Numbered from the stretch's first letter, positions 43,945 through 57,316 are shown. The stretch: 64,000 bases of DNA from Eledone cirrhosa (GCA_964016885.1 OZ024743.1:195052001-195116000), one strand, 5' to 3'. Program-made: numbers and translations. The notes: generated by a model not told the origin, from the letters alone.

Positions 43945-44826
43945 GCGCAGCAACCAGGAACGACAGGTCAGTGGCACCCATACCCACGCCACAGAAATCA
44001 AAAACAGCAGCAGCAGTGGAAATATGAACAACAACAACAGCAATAACAAATGCAGCTGAAATAGAAACTCCAGTGCAAACATCACCAACAACAACAAGTG
44101 AAAGAGTGGAGCTGGTACCCCTCTCCGACTTCACAGAATCAGACATGGAGTGTGAGGTGGGAGAGGGATGGCAAAAGGTCGTAAGAAGGCACAAACGCAG
44201 AAGCAGCGCATCGTCGCCTTTGAAAAGGGAGGAAAGAAATGAGAAAAGGGTAAAGTCTACTGCAAAGAGACTCACAGCAGCAACACCACCAACACCATCA
44301 CCACCGACACTAGCACCACCATCACCACCGGCGACAACCCCACCGCCAACAACACCTTCAACAACACCACCACAAGCACCAACATCGCAAACACAACAAA
44401 ACACACACACCCAGCAACAACGACAAGGAAATAGCAGAACCACACCCCACCCCCAGAAAAACAAATGCACGGCAATAAATACACACAACAAGAAACTAAG
44501 GACTTACATAATTGAACACACAGACATTTCACAACACGACTACATAATACCAGCACCAATCAAAAACGCCAACTAACATAAGACTGCTAAAAATAGCACA
44601 TAAACAAATAGCACATAAACAATACACAAACATTAAGGGACCTAGGAGGAACTATCAATCGAAGAGTATATTCAGACATACTCATAGAAGAGCCGACGAC
44701 CAGCCGAAGGGACGATTCAACGGTCCCTTCACCAGACGATCAAGTGAAAAGGGATGTAAAAACCATCCCTCCTCTACGAAAAGTACGGTAAGTGGTCTTT
44801 CCCATCTTTTCCACTCAATTTTAAAC

Positions 44827-45870
44827 ATGAACTCACTCAGAATAGGCAGCATAAATGCGCGTGGTTTGGGGTCGTCATGGAAGCAGGGTCACCTGCTCAA
44901 CGACCTCAGGTCACTAAACATAGATGTAGTGGCCATCAGCGAGACCAGAATCTCCGAAGCACGGGCCTTCGCACCGATCTTCGGCGGCTACGATGTGTAA
45001 GCATCTCCCAGCCGTCCTGGATCGGGGGGAGGAGTTGCTGTGCTTTTTCGGAGAGATTTGGATCTCGCCATACGGGCCATCTTCCTGGACCCAGAGGGTA
45101 AGCTGGTGGTGCTGGACGTGACCAGCGGAGACGGGCAAGCTTTCAGGCTAGTGGCCGTCAATGCCCCGACAGGAGCAGGGCGGCCTGATTTCTTCCGGCG
45201 TCTGGAGACCTTTCTTGGAACGTCCCGCTCTTTAGTGTTAGTGGGCGACTGGAACGGGATCTTAGATGCACGCTGGGACTGTGGGGAATTAGCGGATAGG
45301 GGTGGAGGGTGCAAGAGCCTCACCAACCTCATCAGGCGTTTTGAACTGTCTGACACGTACCGATTGGATTTCCCGAATGTGCCAATGTGGACTTGGACAA
45401 ATCGCGTAGAGTCATCCAGATCATATCTAGATAGAGTATTTTGTAGGGAAATAGATAGGTCTAGCATAGGCTGTCCACAATTCAAGATAGTCAGCTACAC
45501 GAACCACAAATTCGTGATCTCTGTGCTTGACTTAGATAGGCTTCATAGACGAGGACCCGGCTACTGGAAGCTAAACGCGTCCTTACCAGCCCGCAAGGCC
45601 TACAGAGACCGGATTAGCGAACTAGTTAAGCGGGCGTTGACGGGGGCCATCGTCAACAAGTGGTGGTTTGCTCTGAAAAGAGCGATTAGAATAGAATCGA
45701 TCAGGTTTAGTAAGGCTTTAGCAATAGAGAAAAATAGAGCAGAGGGAGAACTAGTTAGAAAATTAGACGAGGCGCTTAGCAAAGGCATTGCGACCGACGT
45801 GCTTGCGGCGAAATTGGCCCTTGACCAATTCTTCAATGCAAAGCATGAAGGCTGCGTGTCAGAGCAAGGG
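44827..45870 (+). pseudogene. Tx1 ORF2 AP-endonuclease domain
   Basis: ATG at 44827 starts MNSLRIGSINARGL...DVVAISET. There is an in-frame TAA at 44998. ORF 45040 onward has GDWN, SYLDR, TNH (for SDH) and GPGYWKLN. Frameshift near 45860. Confidence 0.88.
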
Positions 45871-47762
45871 TGCGTGCTCTCAGACACGAGGGGACGAAAG
45901 CCGTTCAATGGGCCCGAGTGGCGGAGGCGCGTCGTGGCAACAAAGCCACGATCCGGTCTTTGGTGGACCACGGCGGGCGCATGCTACTCGATCCCGGGCA
46001 AATGTGTGACGCTTTTCAGCGACACTTCGCTCATCTGTTCGGGGGCAGCGGTGGGCCGGGTCGAGGGATGGACTTTAGTGTCTACCTCGACGGACTGACG
46101 CGGCTCTCGGCCACTGAGGCGAAGTGTTGCGAAAAGCCGATAACAGCCGCTGAAGTAAGGGAGGCAATGACTGGCTGCACAAGGGGTAAATCGCCTGGTT
46201 TGGATGGTCTGCCCTTTGAACATTACGTACAGATGCCAGACTTGTTCGGAGGCCTCTTGGCGGACGTCTACTGCAACTGGCATCAGAACGGGAGAATGCC
46301 CAGTTCTGTGAGCCGAGGAGCGGTTGCACTGCTGAGAAAGGATCCGAACAAGGGGGATAACATAGATAATTTCCGGCCCATAACTCTGCTAAACGCAGAG
46401 TTCAAGATTTTGACCAAGCTGCTAGCAAAGAGGTTGGCGCTTGTCGTTGGTGGTCTGGTGGGAGAGGCGCAGACATGCGCCATTTCCGACAGATCCATCC
46501 ACGACAACCTCCACCTCATGCGATACATCGTAGAGAGGGTAGCTAGGGAACCTGGCACAGGTGGGTCCTTGATCAATTTAGATCAGTCGAAAGCCTTCGA
46601 TAGGGTCGACCATCGTTACCTAGCGGCAGTCCTGAGGGCGGCTGGCTTTGGACCCGTCTTCAGAGGCTGGATCGCTGCCATCCACAGCGACATCTGCTCT
46701 GTGGTGAGAGTGAACGGTCACCTGTCGGAACCGTTGAACATCATGCGCTCGGTCCGCCAAGGATGTCCCCTCTCGTCCCTCTTGTACGTATTGACTCTCG
46801 AGCCATTACTGCACAAACTGGAGACGTTGAGGGGCGTCCCGCGCGAACTAGGATGCGGAAGATCCGTGTCAGCATATGCGGACGATGTCACCGTAGTGGT
46901 GTCGAACGCCAAACACATCGAGGCGATCGGCACTACACTAAGAGAATACGAAGCGGTGACAGGAGCAATGATCAACCAGGCAAAGTCAGTGGGCCTGCAG
47001 CTCGGCACCTGGAGAGGCAGGTCCATGCCGTCCAACAGCGTCGTCGGACGCTGGACGGACGGACCGGTTAAATTGCTAGGGGTCTGGTTCGGTCCGAACC
47101 TCCAGACGGACAAAAACTGGGACGAGGTGACGAGCAGGGTGGCTTCTCTCACCCAGAAATGGGCGGAGAGGAAGCTATCCCTGAAAGGTCGAGCGGAGGT
47201 GGCTAACGCGTACATCGCGTCTGTCATCTGCTACCGCCTGACCGTCGTACCTTGTCCTAAGCCTCGCCTGACTGCGCTGGAGCGTTTGCTCTTTCGCTTT
47301 TTGTGGAAAGGAAGTGCTCCGATGGTCAGGCGGTCCATCTGTTGTCAACACCCGCTACGTGGAGGGCTGGGCATGCCGTGGCTGATGATGCGCAGGCACG
47401 CGCTCATGCTACGACATCTCCACCTCTTCCTCGACGGTGATCAGGTGTGGTCGCCATTTGCTAGACACGTATTTCCCCAGCTCGTTTCCTTGACGGAGCT
47501 GCAGTCCTGGGTCAAGCGAAGACTGAGAGGGAGCGCCTGGAGACTGGGATGTCTTCAGGCGCTCACAGCCGTCGACCACTCGGGCAATGTGATCGGTGGA
47601 AACTCCACCTCGGCGTTCTATAGAGGATTAGTGGAGGGGAAGAGCGACGACGTACTTGGGGAAACTCTAGGCGTCGACGAAAATCAACTAGCCAATCTCT
47701 TCGGAAGAACTTTCGGGCCAGGGCCTATGGACAACTTCCAGAAATCTCTGGCCTGGCAGTAA
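45870..47762 (+). CDS. Tx1 ORF2 reverse transcriptase domain (630 aa open; C-terminal zinc-binding region deleted)
   Basis: KSPGLDG, NFRPITLLN.EFKI, DQSKAFDRV, VRQGCPLS, AYADD, LLGV, GGLG.P motifs. Confidence 0.92.
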   Translation: MRALRHEGTKAVQWARVAEARRGNKATIRSLVDHGGRMLLDPGQMCDAFQRHFAHLFGGSGGPGRGMDFSVYLDGLTRLSATEAKCCEKPITAAEVREAMTGCTRGKSPGLDGLPFEHYVQMPDLFGGLLADVYCNWHQNGRMPSSVSRGAVALLRKDPNKGDNIDNFRPITLLNAEFKILTKLLAKRLALVVGGLVGEAQTCAISDRSIHDNLHLMRYIVERVAREPGTGGSLINLDQSKAFDRVDHRYLAAVLRAAGFGPVFRGWIAAIHSDICSVVRVNGHLSEPLNIMRSVRQGCPLSSLLYVLTLEPLLHKLETLRGVPRELGCGRSVSAYADDVTVVVSNAKHIEAIGTTLREYEAVTGAMINQAKSVGLQLGTWRGRSMPSNSVVGRWTDGPVKLLGVWFGPNLQTDKNWDEVTSRVASLTQKWAERKLSLKGRAEVANAYIASVICYRLTVVPCPKPRLTALERLLFRFLWKGSAPMVRRSICCQHPLRGGLGMPWLMMRRHALMLRHLHLFLDGDQVWSPFARHVFPQLVSLTELQSWVKRRLRGSAWRLGCLQALTAVDHSGNVIGGNSTSAFYRGLVEGKSDDVLGETLGVDENQLANLFGRTFGPGPMDNFQKSLAWQ

Positions 47763-48004
47763 CCGTCCTGTATTGTCCTGCACTGTCCTTAATGCCCTGG
47801 TGGTCAGGGTCACTGTGGTCTTTTAATGGGCTTTCTCCACAAATGTCCCTCGGAAGTCTCCCCCCTATTGGGGAATTTTTCTTTGTTATTTTATTTCAAC
47901 CTCTGTTTTTTTACACGCGGAAATGCCCATTTGTACCGTCCTGTATTGTCCTGTACTGTCCTTAATGTCTACTTTATGTAAACCCTTGTGGTTAATAAAG
48001 AAAA

Positions 48005-48042
<38 letters not shown>

Positions 48043-48045
<3 letters not shown>

Positions 48046-51042
48046 TTGCATTTATCTTGCCTTATGTTCATACGAGTTATCACCAAGAAACAACCTGTGA
48101 CCTCAAGAGACAACAGGGTCCGCCTTGTTCAAGAAAGAACATACACACACATGCATCTTTAGGTGTTTAGACTTGTGATGTACTTATATTGACAGAATCT
48201 TCCTTAGTATATGGGAAGTTCCCATTAGTACTATCTTTTCTATTTCTCCTATACGCGGGTTTCCTGGGATTTGCGATAAGTAATCATTAGACCCCTTAGG
48301 TATCATTCCTAGATCGCCTACAACACACTGGTATTGTTTTAGTTCTCAATTTCCACATTTTTCTAATTTCTATCTCCAGGTCTTTATACTTGCTCACTTT
48401 TTCAAATATTTTTATAGATACATTCTTGTCTATTGGAACGGACATACCCTCTTTTTAAAGTCCTTCAGTATTATATCACGTCTATTTGCATCAATTTTTC
48501 GGTCTGTTTGGATGCTAAAATTCCACAAGATTGAGATGTGATCTTTTTCAAGTATGGGAGGTGGTTGATGCTGCCACCAATTCTTTTGATGGGGCAGGTC
48601 AAAATGCTTACACATTATCCAATGTATGTATTGTGCAGCTCTGTCATGCCTGTTTAGGTATTCTGTTGGAGCTATAGGACTGCACATTGAAATTATATGA
48701 TCAATGGTCTCTGGTTGTTTTTTACATACACGGCATAATGGGTTGCATCCATTTTTTATTATGTTGGCTTGGTAATTTTTTGTTGGCAGACACTGATCTT
48801 GTGCTGATATAATCAGTCTCCAGTCTCCGATTTCAACCCAGAGGATGCCAACCCCTGATGGGTTAAAGTTTTGTCAACATCAGGATTGTTAGTGTCTTTC
48901 TGGGTATTTTCCATACAGAGGCTTTTCTTGCCATTTCTTAGCCAGTTTCTGTAGCAGTTCTTTCTTTGAAGTTACTTTTACTTGCTTTGCTTTTTCTGTG
49001 TTTATCATTTCAGCAGTAAATGGAACTTCTGAAATTAGTAGTCCATTACTTTATCTTTGTGCATCTTTTGTAATGGAGTATGCTCTTTTGATGCTTTCGT
49101 GTTTCAAAACGATTTTGATCATCCAATCATGTGATTCCCTTAGATATGTAGATAATCCAATTGTTCCAGTTTTCAACGCAATATATACATGGATTAACCC
49201 ACGTCCTCCTTCTTTCCTAGGGAGATATATTCTATATGTATCTGCCTTAGGGTGATGCATTCTGTGCATGGTTAAGAATTTTCTAATTTTTGTATCGAGC
49301 CTACTGATATCTGTGTTTGATCAGTTGATGACATTGTAACTGAAGGTTACTACTCGTATGGCAAGCGTTTTATGGCATCGATCCTATTCCTTGCATTCAA
49401 TTCCGTTCTTAAAATTGCTCTTACTCTGCGGTAACATTCCTTCCTTATCCTTTCCCTCATTGTCTAGTGCTTGATTCCGTCTCCTTCACAAACACGTAGA
49501 TATTTGTAAGTTCCCTCTTGATCAAGTTCTCTTATCACATTCCCCCGATCAAGATTAATGTCTGAACTTTTCAGCAGCTTTCCTCTGGTGAACGTTGCTA
49601 TGGCGCATTTATCTAGTCCAAATTCCATTTTAATGTCATCACTGAACTGTTTCACAGTGGATTTTGCAATTGTTGGCCCTTGCAATTGTTTATAATTTTA
49701 TGCAAAGTGTTTCAGGTCATCCATGTAGAACGAGTGATTAATTCTTTTGTCATAGACTTTATATCCCTGTTTTGTTTCCTTGAGCATTTTACTTAATGGT
49801 ATAAATGCGATGCAGAATAAAAGCGGTGATAAAGAGTCACCATGAAAAATTCCACAATTAATATTAACTTCTCCAGCTTCCAGTGATTTTTTCTCACTAT
49901 TCAAAAGGAGTGTCGTTTTCCATGTCGTCATACTGAATGTCAGGAACCTCCTGACAACGGCAGATATTTTGAAAATCTCTAAACACTTTTAATCCAACTG
50001 TGGCAAACTATCGAATGCTTTTTTATAATCTATCCAAGCATTTGATGGTTTTTGTTTCTATTATGACAATCTTCCAGTATCTGATCTTTACAGCCATATG
50101 AGCCTCGTTTACACCCTTTCTGCTCATTGGGAAATAGATCATTTGTTATCAGGTGTTCATATGCATATTCAATTAGGACTGATGTTAAAATTTTATACAT
50201 TGTGGTCAAGCAAGTTATCGGTCTGTAATTTTTGGGATGGTTTGTCTCATCATGCTTCGGAAGCTGGAATGTAATGCCGTTAACTAGCGATGGTGGTATC
50301 TTTTCTGGCTCCTTAAGCATTTCATTGTAAAGTTGGGATTCAAAGTGTTACAATTTACCTCGTTTTCACTGACACATGTTGCATTTTCCCTTCGCTGACT
50401 TTGATCAATTTCTATATAAGTTAGTAACTTTTTTTAAACAATATTTCTTCGTATATTGGCTATTTTATTACTGTCAATATAGCCTCTGTTTTCGGGATGT
50501 TTCTTTTTCCAGTTGATATATGTCCGTTCTGTATTCGATCTATTTGATGGGTAGTACATGGCAGTGTAGAAAGCCTCAAGGACATCTTTATTGTCTTCCC
50601 TTGACCATTTTTCTCTCTTTTTCTTTGGATTTCTTGGTGGTGAGCATGGGGGGCCAACAGTAGGAGTATTCCGGTTATGGGAGGTGTCCAGATCCGAAGT
50701 GATGGGAAGGTTTGAACCATTAGCTGATTTTTCGACCCCAGTCAGGTTTCTCTCTGAGGGACGCGGCCCTTTTTGACCCGGGTGACGGCCGATCCGGTGT
50801 GAGATTTTATCATTTGACATTGGCTTTATTTTGTTCCGTTTTATCCTTAACGACCGAGGGGTGATCATTTCGTGTTACCACTCCTAGGACGAGTCAAGAC
50901 TAGAGGGGTCGTCCTCCCCTAGAGACACGGCTATTCTCCGCCGGCCGCCATCCTGGTATTTCTTGGTCACGGGGTTTTCTTTTTTTGTTGTTTTTTAGAT
51001 TGTTATTATCATGGGTGGTTCCTTAATGTGAGCATTGCGTGG

Positions 51043-51043
<1 letters not shown>
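48043..51043 (-). mobile_element. Dong/R4-clade element with both ends retained, internal deletion near 50340-50430, flanked by (TAA)n
   Basis: N-terminal REKWSREDN..VLEAFY, NYRPITCL, GIFHGDSLSPLLFC, YMDDLK, RKEGGRGL, RHD, and ILWNFSIQTDRKIDANR.DI (RLE). Many frameshifts. Confidence 0.9.
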
Positions 51044-51087
<44 letters not shown>

Positions 51088-51093
51088 GTTATT

Positions 51094-53477
51094 ACTCCTT
51101 GATTCTCAGTCATTGATGTTAGTTAACCGGAAAGTCCGTTGGAATGAATATCAAGCCACTAGCTGCAGCCTCAGATATTCAGGACGTATCGGAGGGTTCT
51201 TGCTGTTCCCTGCAAGCATGCCTTTTGAAGCGTTCAAAAAGCGTGAAGGGGCCGATTTTCTTTAACCATCCCTGGAAACTTTTGGAGATAGTCCCCAGTG
51301 CGCCTATGACAATCGGGATCACTTTGACTTCATGGCAGTTCCAAATCCTTTTTACCTCCCACTTTAGGTCCTGGTATCGGTTAATTTTCTCCCTCTCCTT
51401 CTCTCGCACTCTCGTGTCGCAGGCCACATCCACAATCAGACACGATCTTTTTTGTTTGTCCACAACTACCAGGTCAGGTCTATTGTGTTCCAGTTTCTTG
51501 TCCGTCTGTATCCTAAAATCCCACAGCACCTTCACCTGATCGTTCTCCATCACCGCCTCTGGCTTATGCTCATACCATTTCTCAGAATGTGGTAAATTGT
51601 TTACTTTGCACAGGTGCCAGTGGATCACCCTGCCCATCACATCATGTCTCCAGCCCTTATAGTGGGTCTAGGCTAGGTGTTTACACTCGGATACAATGTG
51701 AGCCACAGTCTCCTCTCTCCACAGATCCTGCACAGTGGGCTAGCCTCCTCCTTGTAAATATGGTGTTTCAACCACTTCGTTTTGAGGGCCTGCTCCTGCG
51801 CAGCCATTAACATTCCTTCTGTAGCCTTTTTAAGGTCTCCTCTTCTCAACCAGTTCCATGTCTGTGGATCTCTAAATTCAGTTTTCTCAGAGAAGGTACT
51901 ATGAAGGGATTTTTCCTGAAGGCTGCTCTTTCTCCTTGATGTTATTTCCTCCTTGGACATCCCTGGCCTATTGTCCCCTCCTTCAGTACAGTTCTGAGCA
52001 TTGGCTCCTTACTATCAGTCACGTATTTGTGTAGGTTGTTTTTCTCCATCTGAACACAGTCCTCTATGCTGATAAGACCTCTTCCACCCTCAGATCTCCT
52101 TAGGTAGAGTCTATCGACATCACTCCTCTTGTGGAACATGTTGTAGATAGTCAATAGCTTCCTAGTCTTCCTATTCATTTCTTTTTGTTCAGCAACATTC
52201 CATCTCAGAATTCCCGCACTGTACCTAATAATAGACACACCTCGGGAATTTACTGCGTTTATGGCATTTCTGCTGTTCAGATGTGACTTCTATACGCTCC
52301 TTATTCTCCGAATGTATTCAGTTCTTAACAATTCCTTCATTTTTTTGTTCTGTATGCCATCAGCCTCCAGAACGCCCAAATACTTGTATCCTTCTTCAGA
52401 GTCAATTTCCTTTATCATCTCACCTGTTGGTATCTGGATTCCGTTACTTCTGCTCAACCTACCCCTCCTCATCACAATGACTCCACACTTACTAATACCA
52501 AACTGCATACATATATCACTGCTGAAAATACGGACAGTGTCAACAAGCACATCCAACTCCTTCTCACTCTTCCCGAAGAGCTTAAGATCGTCCATGAAGA
52601 GGAGGTGATTGATGGTAAGCCCTCCCTTTCCCAACCTGTATCCTGCTCTCACTTTTCGCAGTACACTGGTCAGGGTCATCAGGGCAAGGACAAACAACAG
52701 AGGGGACAGGCTATCTCCCTGGAAGATACCTCTCTTGATCTTCACGCTTCCCAAGGATTCTCCAGTTGATGTCAACTCTGTTTCCCAGGACCTCATACTT
52801 TCGCCCAACAACTGTCTGATGTTATCTGCCACCTTGAAGATCTCCAGGCTTTTGGTGATCCAAGAATGAGGCACCATGTCAAATGCCTTTCTGTAGTCTA
52901 TCCATCCCATGGCAAGATTAGTGTGTCTCCTCCTGCAATTCCCCATTACCATCTTACAATAAGTAACTGGTCCTTTGTACCACGTGACTTCTTTAGGCAT
53001 CCTTTCTGTTCGTCCGGTAACAAGTTGTTTGTGTGGAGGTGATGGTAGATTTCCTCAGACACAATGCTCGTCAACAGTTTCCACATTACGGACAGACATG
53101 TGATAGGTCTATAGTTGGTAACATCATTACCCTTGATTCGGTCTTTCATTATCAGAACTGTGGTACCTTTTGTCAACCACTCTGGTACCACACCTGACAT
53201 CAAGCAGTCATTGAACATGGTTGTCAGTTTCGGGTGGAGGGATGTTATGTTTTTAATCCAATACCCCTGCACACCATCTGGGCCTGGTGATTTCCAGTTT
53301 GTTAGTTTTTTGGCCTGCCCCTTATAAGTTTCAACTGTGATACTCAAATCAGTTTGTTAGTGTGCCTGTTCACCGATCTCCTTCTGTACTGTCTCAATCC
53401 ACACTGCCTGGTCATTATGTTTAACATCCTGCTCCCATATTCCTCTCCAGAATGTTTTAGTTTGTTCCGCCTCAGGG

Positions 53478-53478
<1 letters not shown>
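51094..53478 (-). mobile_element. Dong/R4-clade element (different family), 5'-truncated, flanked by (TAA)n
   Basis: ORFs 52946-53347 (WKSPGPDG, NYRPITCL), 52290-53000 (DYRKAFD, GIFQGDSLSP, FMDDLK), 51673-51960 (CRIC) and 51179-51640 (NRPDLVVVD...D, RLE). Confidence 0.92.
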
Positions 53479-53524
<46 letters not shown>

Positions 53525-53920
53525 AAGGCGGTGGAATGGCAGTATCGGTAGAGGGTCGGATGCCATGCTTTGAAGCATAGAGTTACCTCCCTGTATGATC
53601 TGAGTTCAAATCCCGCCGAGGTTAACTTTGCCTTTCCTCCTTACGGGGTCGATAAAATAAAGTACCAGTAATGCACTGAATAATTGCTGGCCTTGTGCCA
53701 AAAGTAGAAACAATTATTTGGCAGTATCGGTGGAGGGTCGGACGCCATGCTTTCCACCATAGTTACGTCTCTTTACGATCTGAGTTCAAATCCCGCCGAG
53801 GTTGACTTTGCCTTTCATCCTTACGGGGTAGATAAAATAAAGTACCAGTAATGCACTGGGTAATTGCTGGCCTTGTGCCTAACGTAGAAATCCTTATTAT
53901 TATTATTATTATTATTATTG
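53525..53920 (+). mobile_element. Two tandem tRNA-derived SINE copies (53525-53718, 53719-53920) with (ATT)n tail
   Basis: Each copy has tggcagtatcggt (A box), gagttcaaatcc (B box), the family core and the ccttgtgcc 3' end. Confidence 0.92.
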
Positions 53921-55407
53921 TTCTTTGAGTCTCAGTGATTGATGTTAGTTAACTGGAAAGTTTGTTGAAATGAATATCAAGCCGCTACCTGCAGCCTCAG
54001 ATATTTCGGAGGGTTCTTGCTGTTCCCAGCAAGCATGCCTTTTGAACTGTTCCAAAAAGCGGGGCTGAACTAATATTCTTCAATCATCCCTGGAAACCTT
54101 TTGAGATAGTACCTAGTGCGCCTATGACAATCGGGACAACTTTCACTTCATGGCAGTCCAAATCCTTTTTACCTCCCACTTTAGGTCCTGGTATCGGTTA
54201 ATTTTCTCCTTCTCTTGCACTCTCTTGTCGAATGGGCAGGCTACATCTACAATCAGGCACGATCTTTTTTCCTTGTCCAAAACCACAAGCTCAGGTCTAT
54301 TGTGTTCCAGTTTCTTGTCCGTCTATATTCTAAAATCCAACAGCTTCTTCACCTGATCGTTTTCTATCACCGACTCTGGCTTATGCTCATACCACTTCGC
54401 AGAATGTGGTAAATTGTTTACTTTGCATAGGTGCCAGTGGGTCACCCTGCCCATCACATCATATCTCCAGCCTTCATAGGGAGTCTGGGCTAGTTGTTTA
54501 AACTCGGATACAATGTGAGCCACAGTCTCCTCTCTCTCTCTACAGATCCTACACAGTGGGCTAGCCTCCTCCTTGTAAATATGGTGTTTCAGCCACTTCG
54601 TTTTGAGGGCCTGCTCTTTCGCAGCCATTAGCCTTCCTTCTGTAGACTTTTTAATTTCTCCTCTTTTCAACCAGTTCCATGTCTGTAGATATCTAAATTC
54701 AGTTTTCTCATAGAAGGTACTATGAAGGGATTTTCATGAAGGCTGCTCTTCCTTCTCGTTGTTATTTCTTCCTTGGACATCCCCTGGTCTATTGTCTTCT
54801 CCTTCAGTACAATTCTGAGCATAGGCTCCCTACTGTCAGTCACGTATTTGTGTAGGTTGTTTTTCTCCACCTGAACACAGTCCTCTATGATGATAAGACC
54901 TCTTCAACCTTCTGATCTCTTTAAGTAGAGTCTATTGACATCACTCCTCTTGTGGAAGATGTTGTAGATAGTCAATAGCTTCCTAGTCTTCCTAGCCATT
55001 TATTTTTGTTTAGCAACATTTCATTTCAGAATTCCCCCACTGTACCTAATAATAGACACAGCTCGGGAATTTACTGCACTTAGGACATTCCTACAATTCA
55101 GATGTAATTTTAATACGCTCCTTACTCTCCGAATGTACTCAAATCTTATCAATTTCTTCATTTTTTCGTTATTGATGTCATCTGCCCCCAGAACCCCTAA
55201 ATATTTGTATCCTTCTTCAGTGTCAATTTCCATTATCATCTCACCTGTTAGTACCTGGATTCCGTTGCTTCTGCTCAATTTATCCCACTTCATCACTAGG
55301 ACTCCACACTTATTAATACAAAATTGCATACATATATCATTGCTGAAAATACGGACAGTGTCAACAAGCACATCCAACTCCTCATTCTTCCCAAAGAGCT
55401 TAAGATC
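53921..55407 (-). mobile_element. Dong/R4-clade element, same family as 51094-53478, truncated at the RT DD motif
   Basis: Collinear with 51100-52590. ORFs 55021-55377 and 54323-54670 (CRICREREETVAHIVSE). Confidence 0.92.
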
Positions 55408-55505
55408 TGTACCGTCCTGTATTGTCCTGTACTGTCCTTAATGTCTTACTTTGTGTAAACCCTTGGGGTTAATAAAGAAATCATTATTATTATTATTATT
55501 ATTAT
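55408..55505 (+). mobile_element. 75-bp Tx1 3' terminus + (ATT)n
   Basis: Near-identical to 47932-48010. Confidence 0.88.
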
Positions 55506-55506
55506 T

Positions 55507-55712
55507 TGGCAGTATCGGTAGAGGGTCGGACGCCATGCTTTAAGGTATAGAGTTACGGCTCTTGCCATTCTGAGTTCAAATCCCGCCGAGATTAACTTTG
55601 CCTTTCATCCTTACGGGGTCGATAAAATAAAGTACTAGTAATGCACTGTGTAATTGCTGGCCTTGTGCCTAAAGTAGAAACAATTATTATTATTATTATT
55701 ATTATTATTATA
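55507..55712 (+). mobile_element. tRNA-derived SINE with (ATT)n tail
   Basis: A box, B box, core and 3' end as in the other copies. Confidence 0.92.
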
Positions 55713-55824
55713 GTTGCTGTTGTTGTTTTATTGTTATTTTTATTGCGTTTTATTTTATGCCACCGCCATCGTCTTTGATATGAATGCTTCCAGCATGCGT
55801 TGTCTTGTCTCTTATTGGTGTTGG

Positions 55825-56023
55825 ATAATAATTTGTTTCTATATTTTGCACAAAGTCAGCAATTATCCCAGTGGATTACTTACTGGTACTTTATGTTATC
55901 GACCGCGTAAGGATGAAGGGCAAAATTAACCTCGGCGAGATTTGAACTCAGACTATAACGGACCGTAACTCTTTGCTGCAAAGCATGGCGTCAGACCCTC
56001 TACCGATACTGCCAATACGCCGC
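55825..56023 (-). mobile_element. tRNA-derived SINE
   Basis: Reverse complement matches the other copies of the family. Confidence 0.85.
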
Positions 56024-56317
56024 ATTATTATCCTTAGTGTTGGATAATAATACGGTATTTTCACCTACATAAAGTTTTATTAATAATGAATTTTACCCGA
56101 AAAGAAATAAATGGTACGTCTTATTTTGTCCTTAAATCTTTGTAAATCTAAAATGATGATATAGTGACTACATGGATCACAAATATAAAGGAAAACAAGC
56201 GATTTGTAAAGCTCTTTCTTTACCATAATTACAACCAACACTATTTAAACGCAGCAAATGTCATTACTTCCTTCAATGTGTGATAAACTATGTACCAGTC
56301 AATAACTTTAGTATATA

Positions 56318-57316
<999 letters not shown>

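Larger units (their letters stand above)
43945..48042 (+). mobile_element. Tx1/L1-clade LINE: ORF1 C-terminal part, ORF2 (APE + RT), 3' UTR, AATAAA + (ATT)n tail
   Basis: A low-complexity ORF1-like frame at 44073-44576 is followed by ORF2. The element ends cccttgtggttaataaagaaaac(att)n. Confidence 0.92.

Noticed and set aside
43691-48291. 250-bp direct repeats around the Tx1 element read as LTRs or a giant target-site duplication
   Set aside because: Both are 3' ends of one Dong family on the opposite strand and differ at about a dozen sites. Independent insertions are more likely.
53535-53615. tRNA gene (A and B boxes)
   Set aside because: No cloverleaf. The boxes belong to the multi-copy SINE head.
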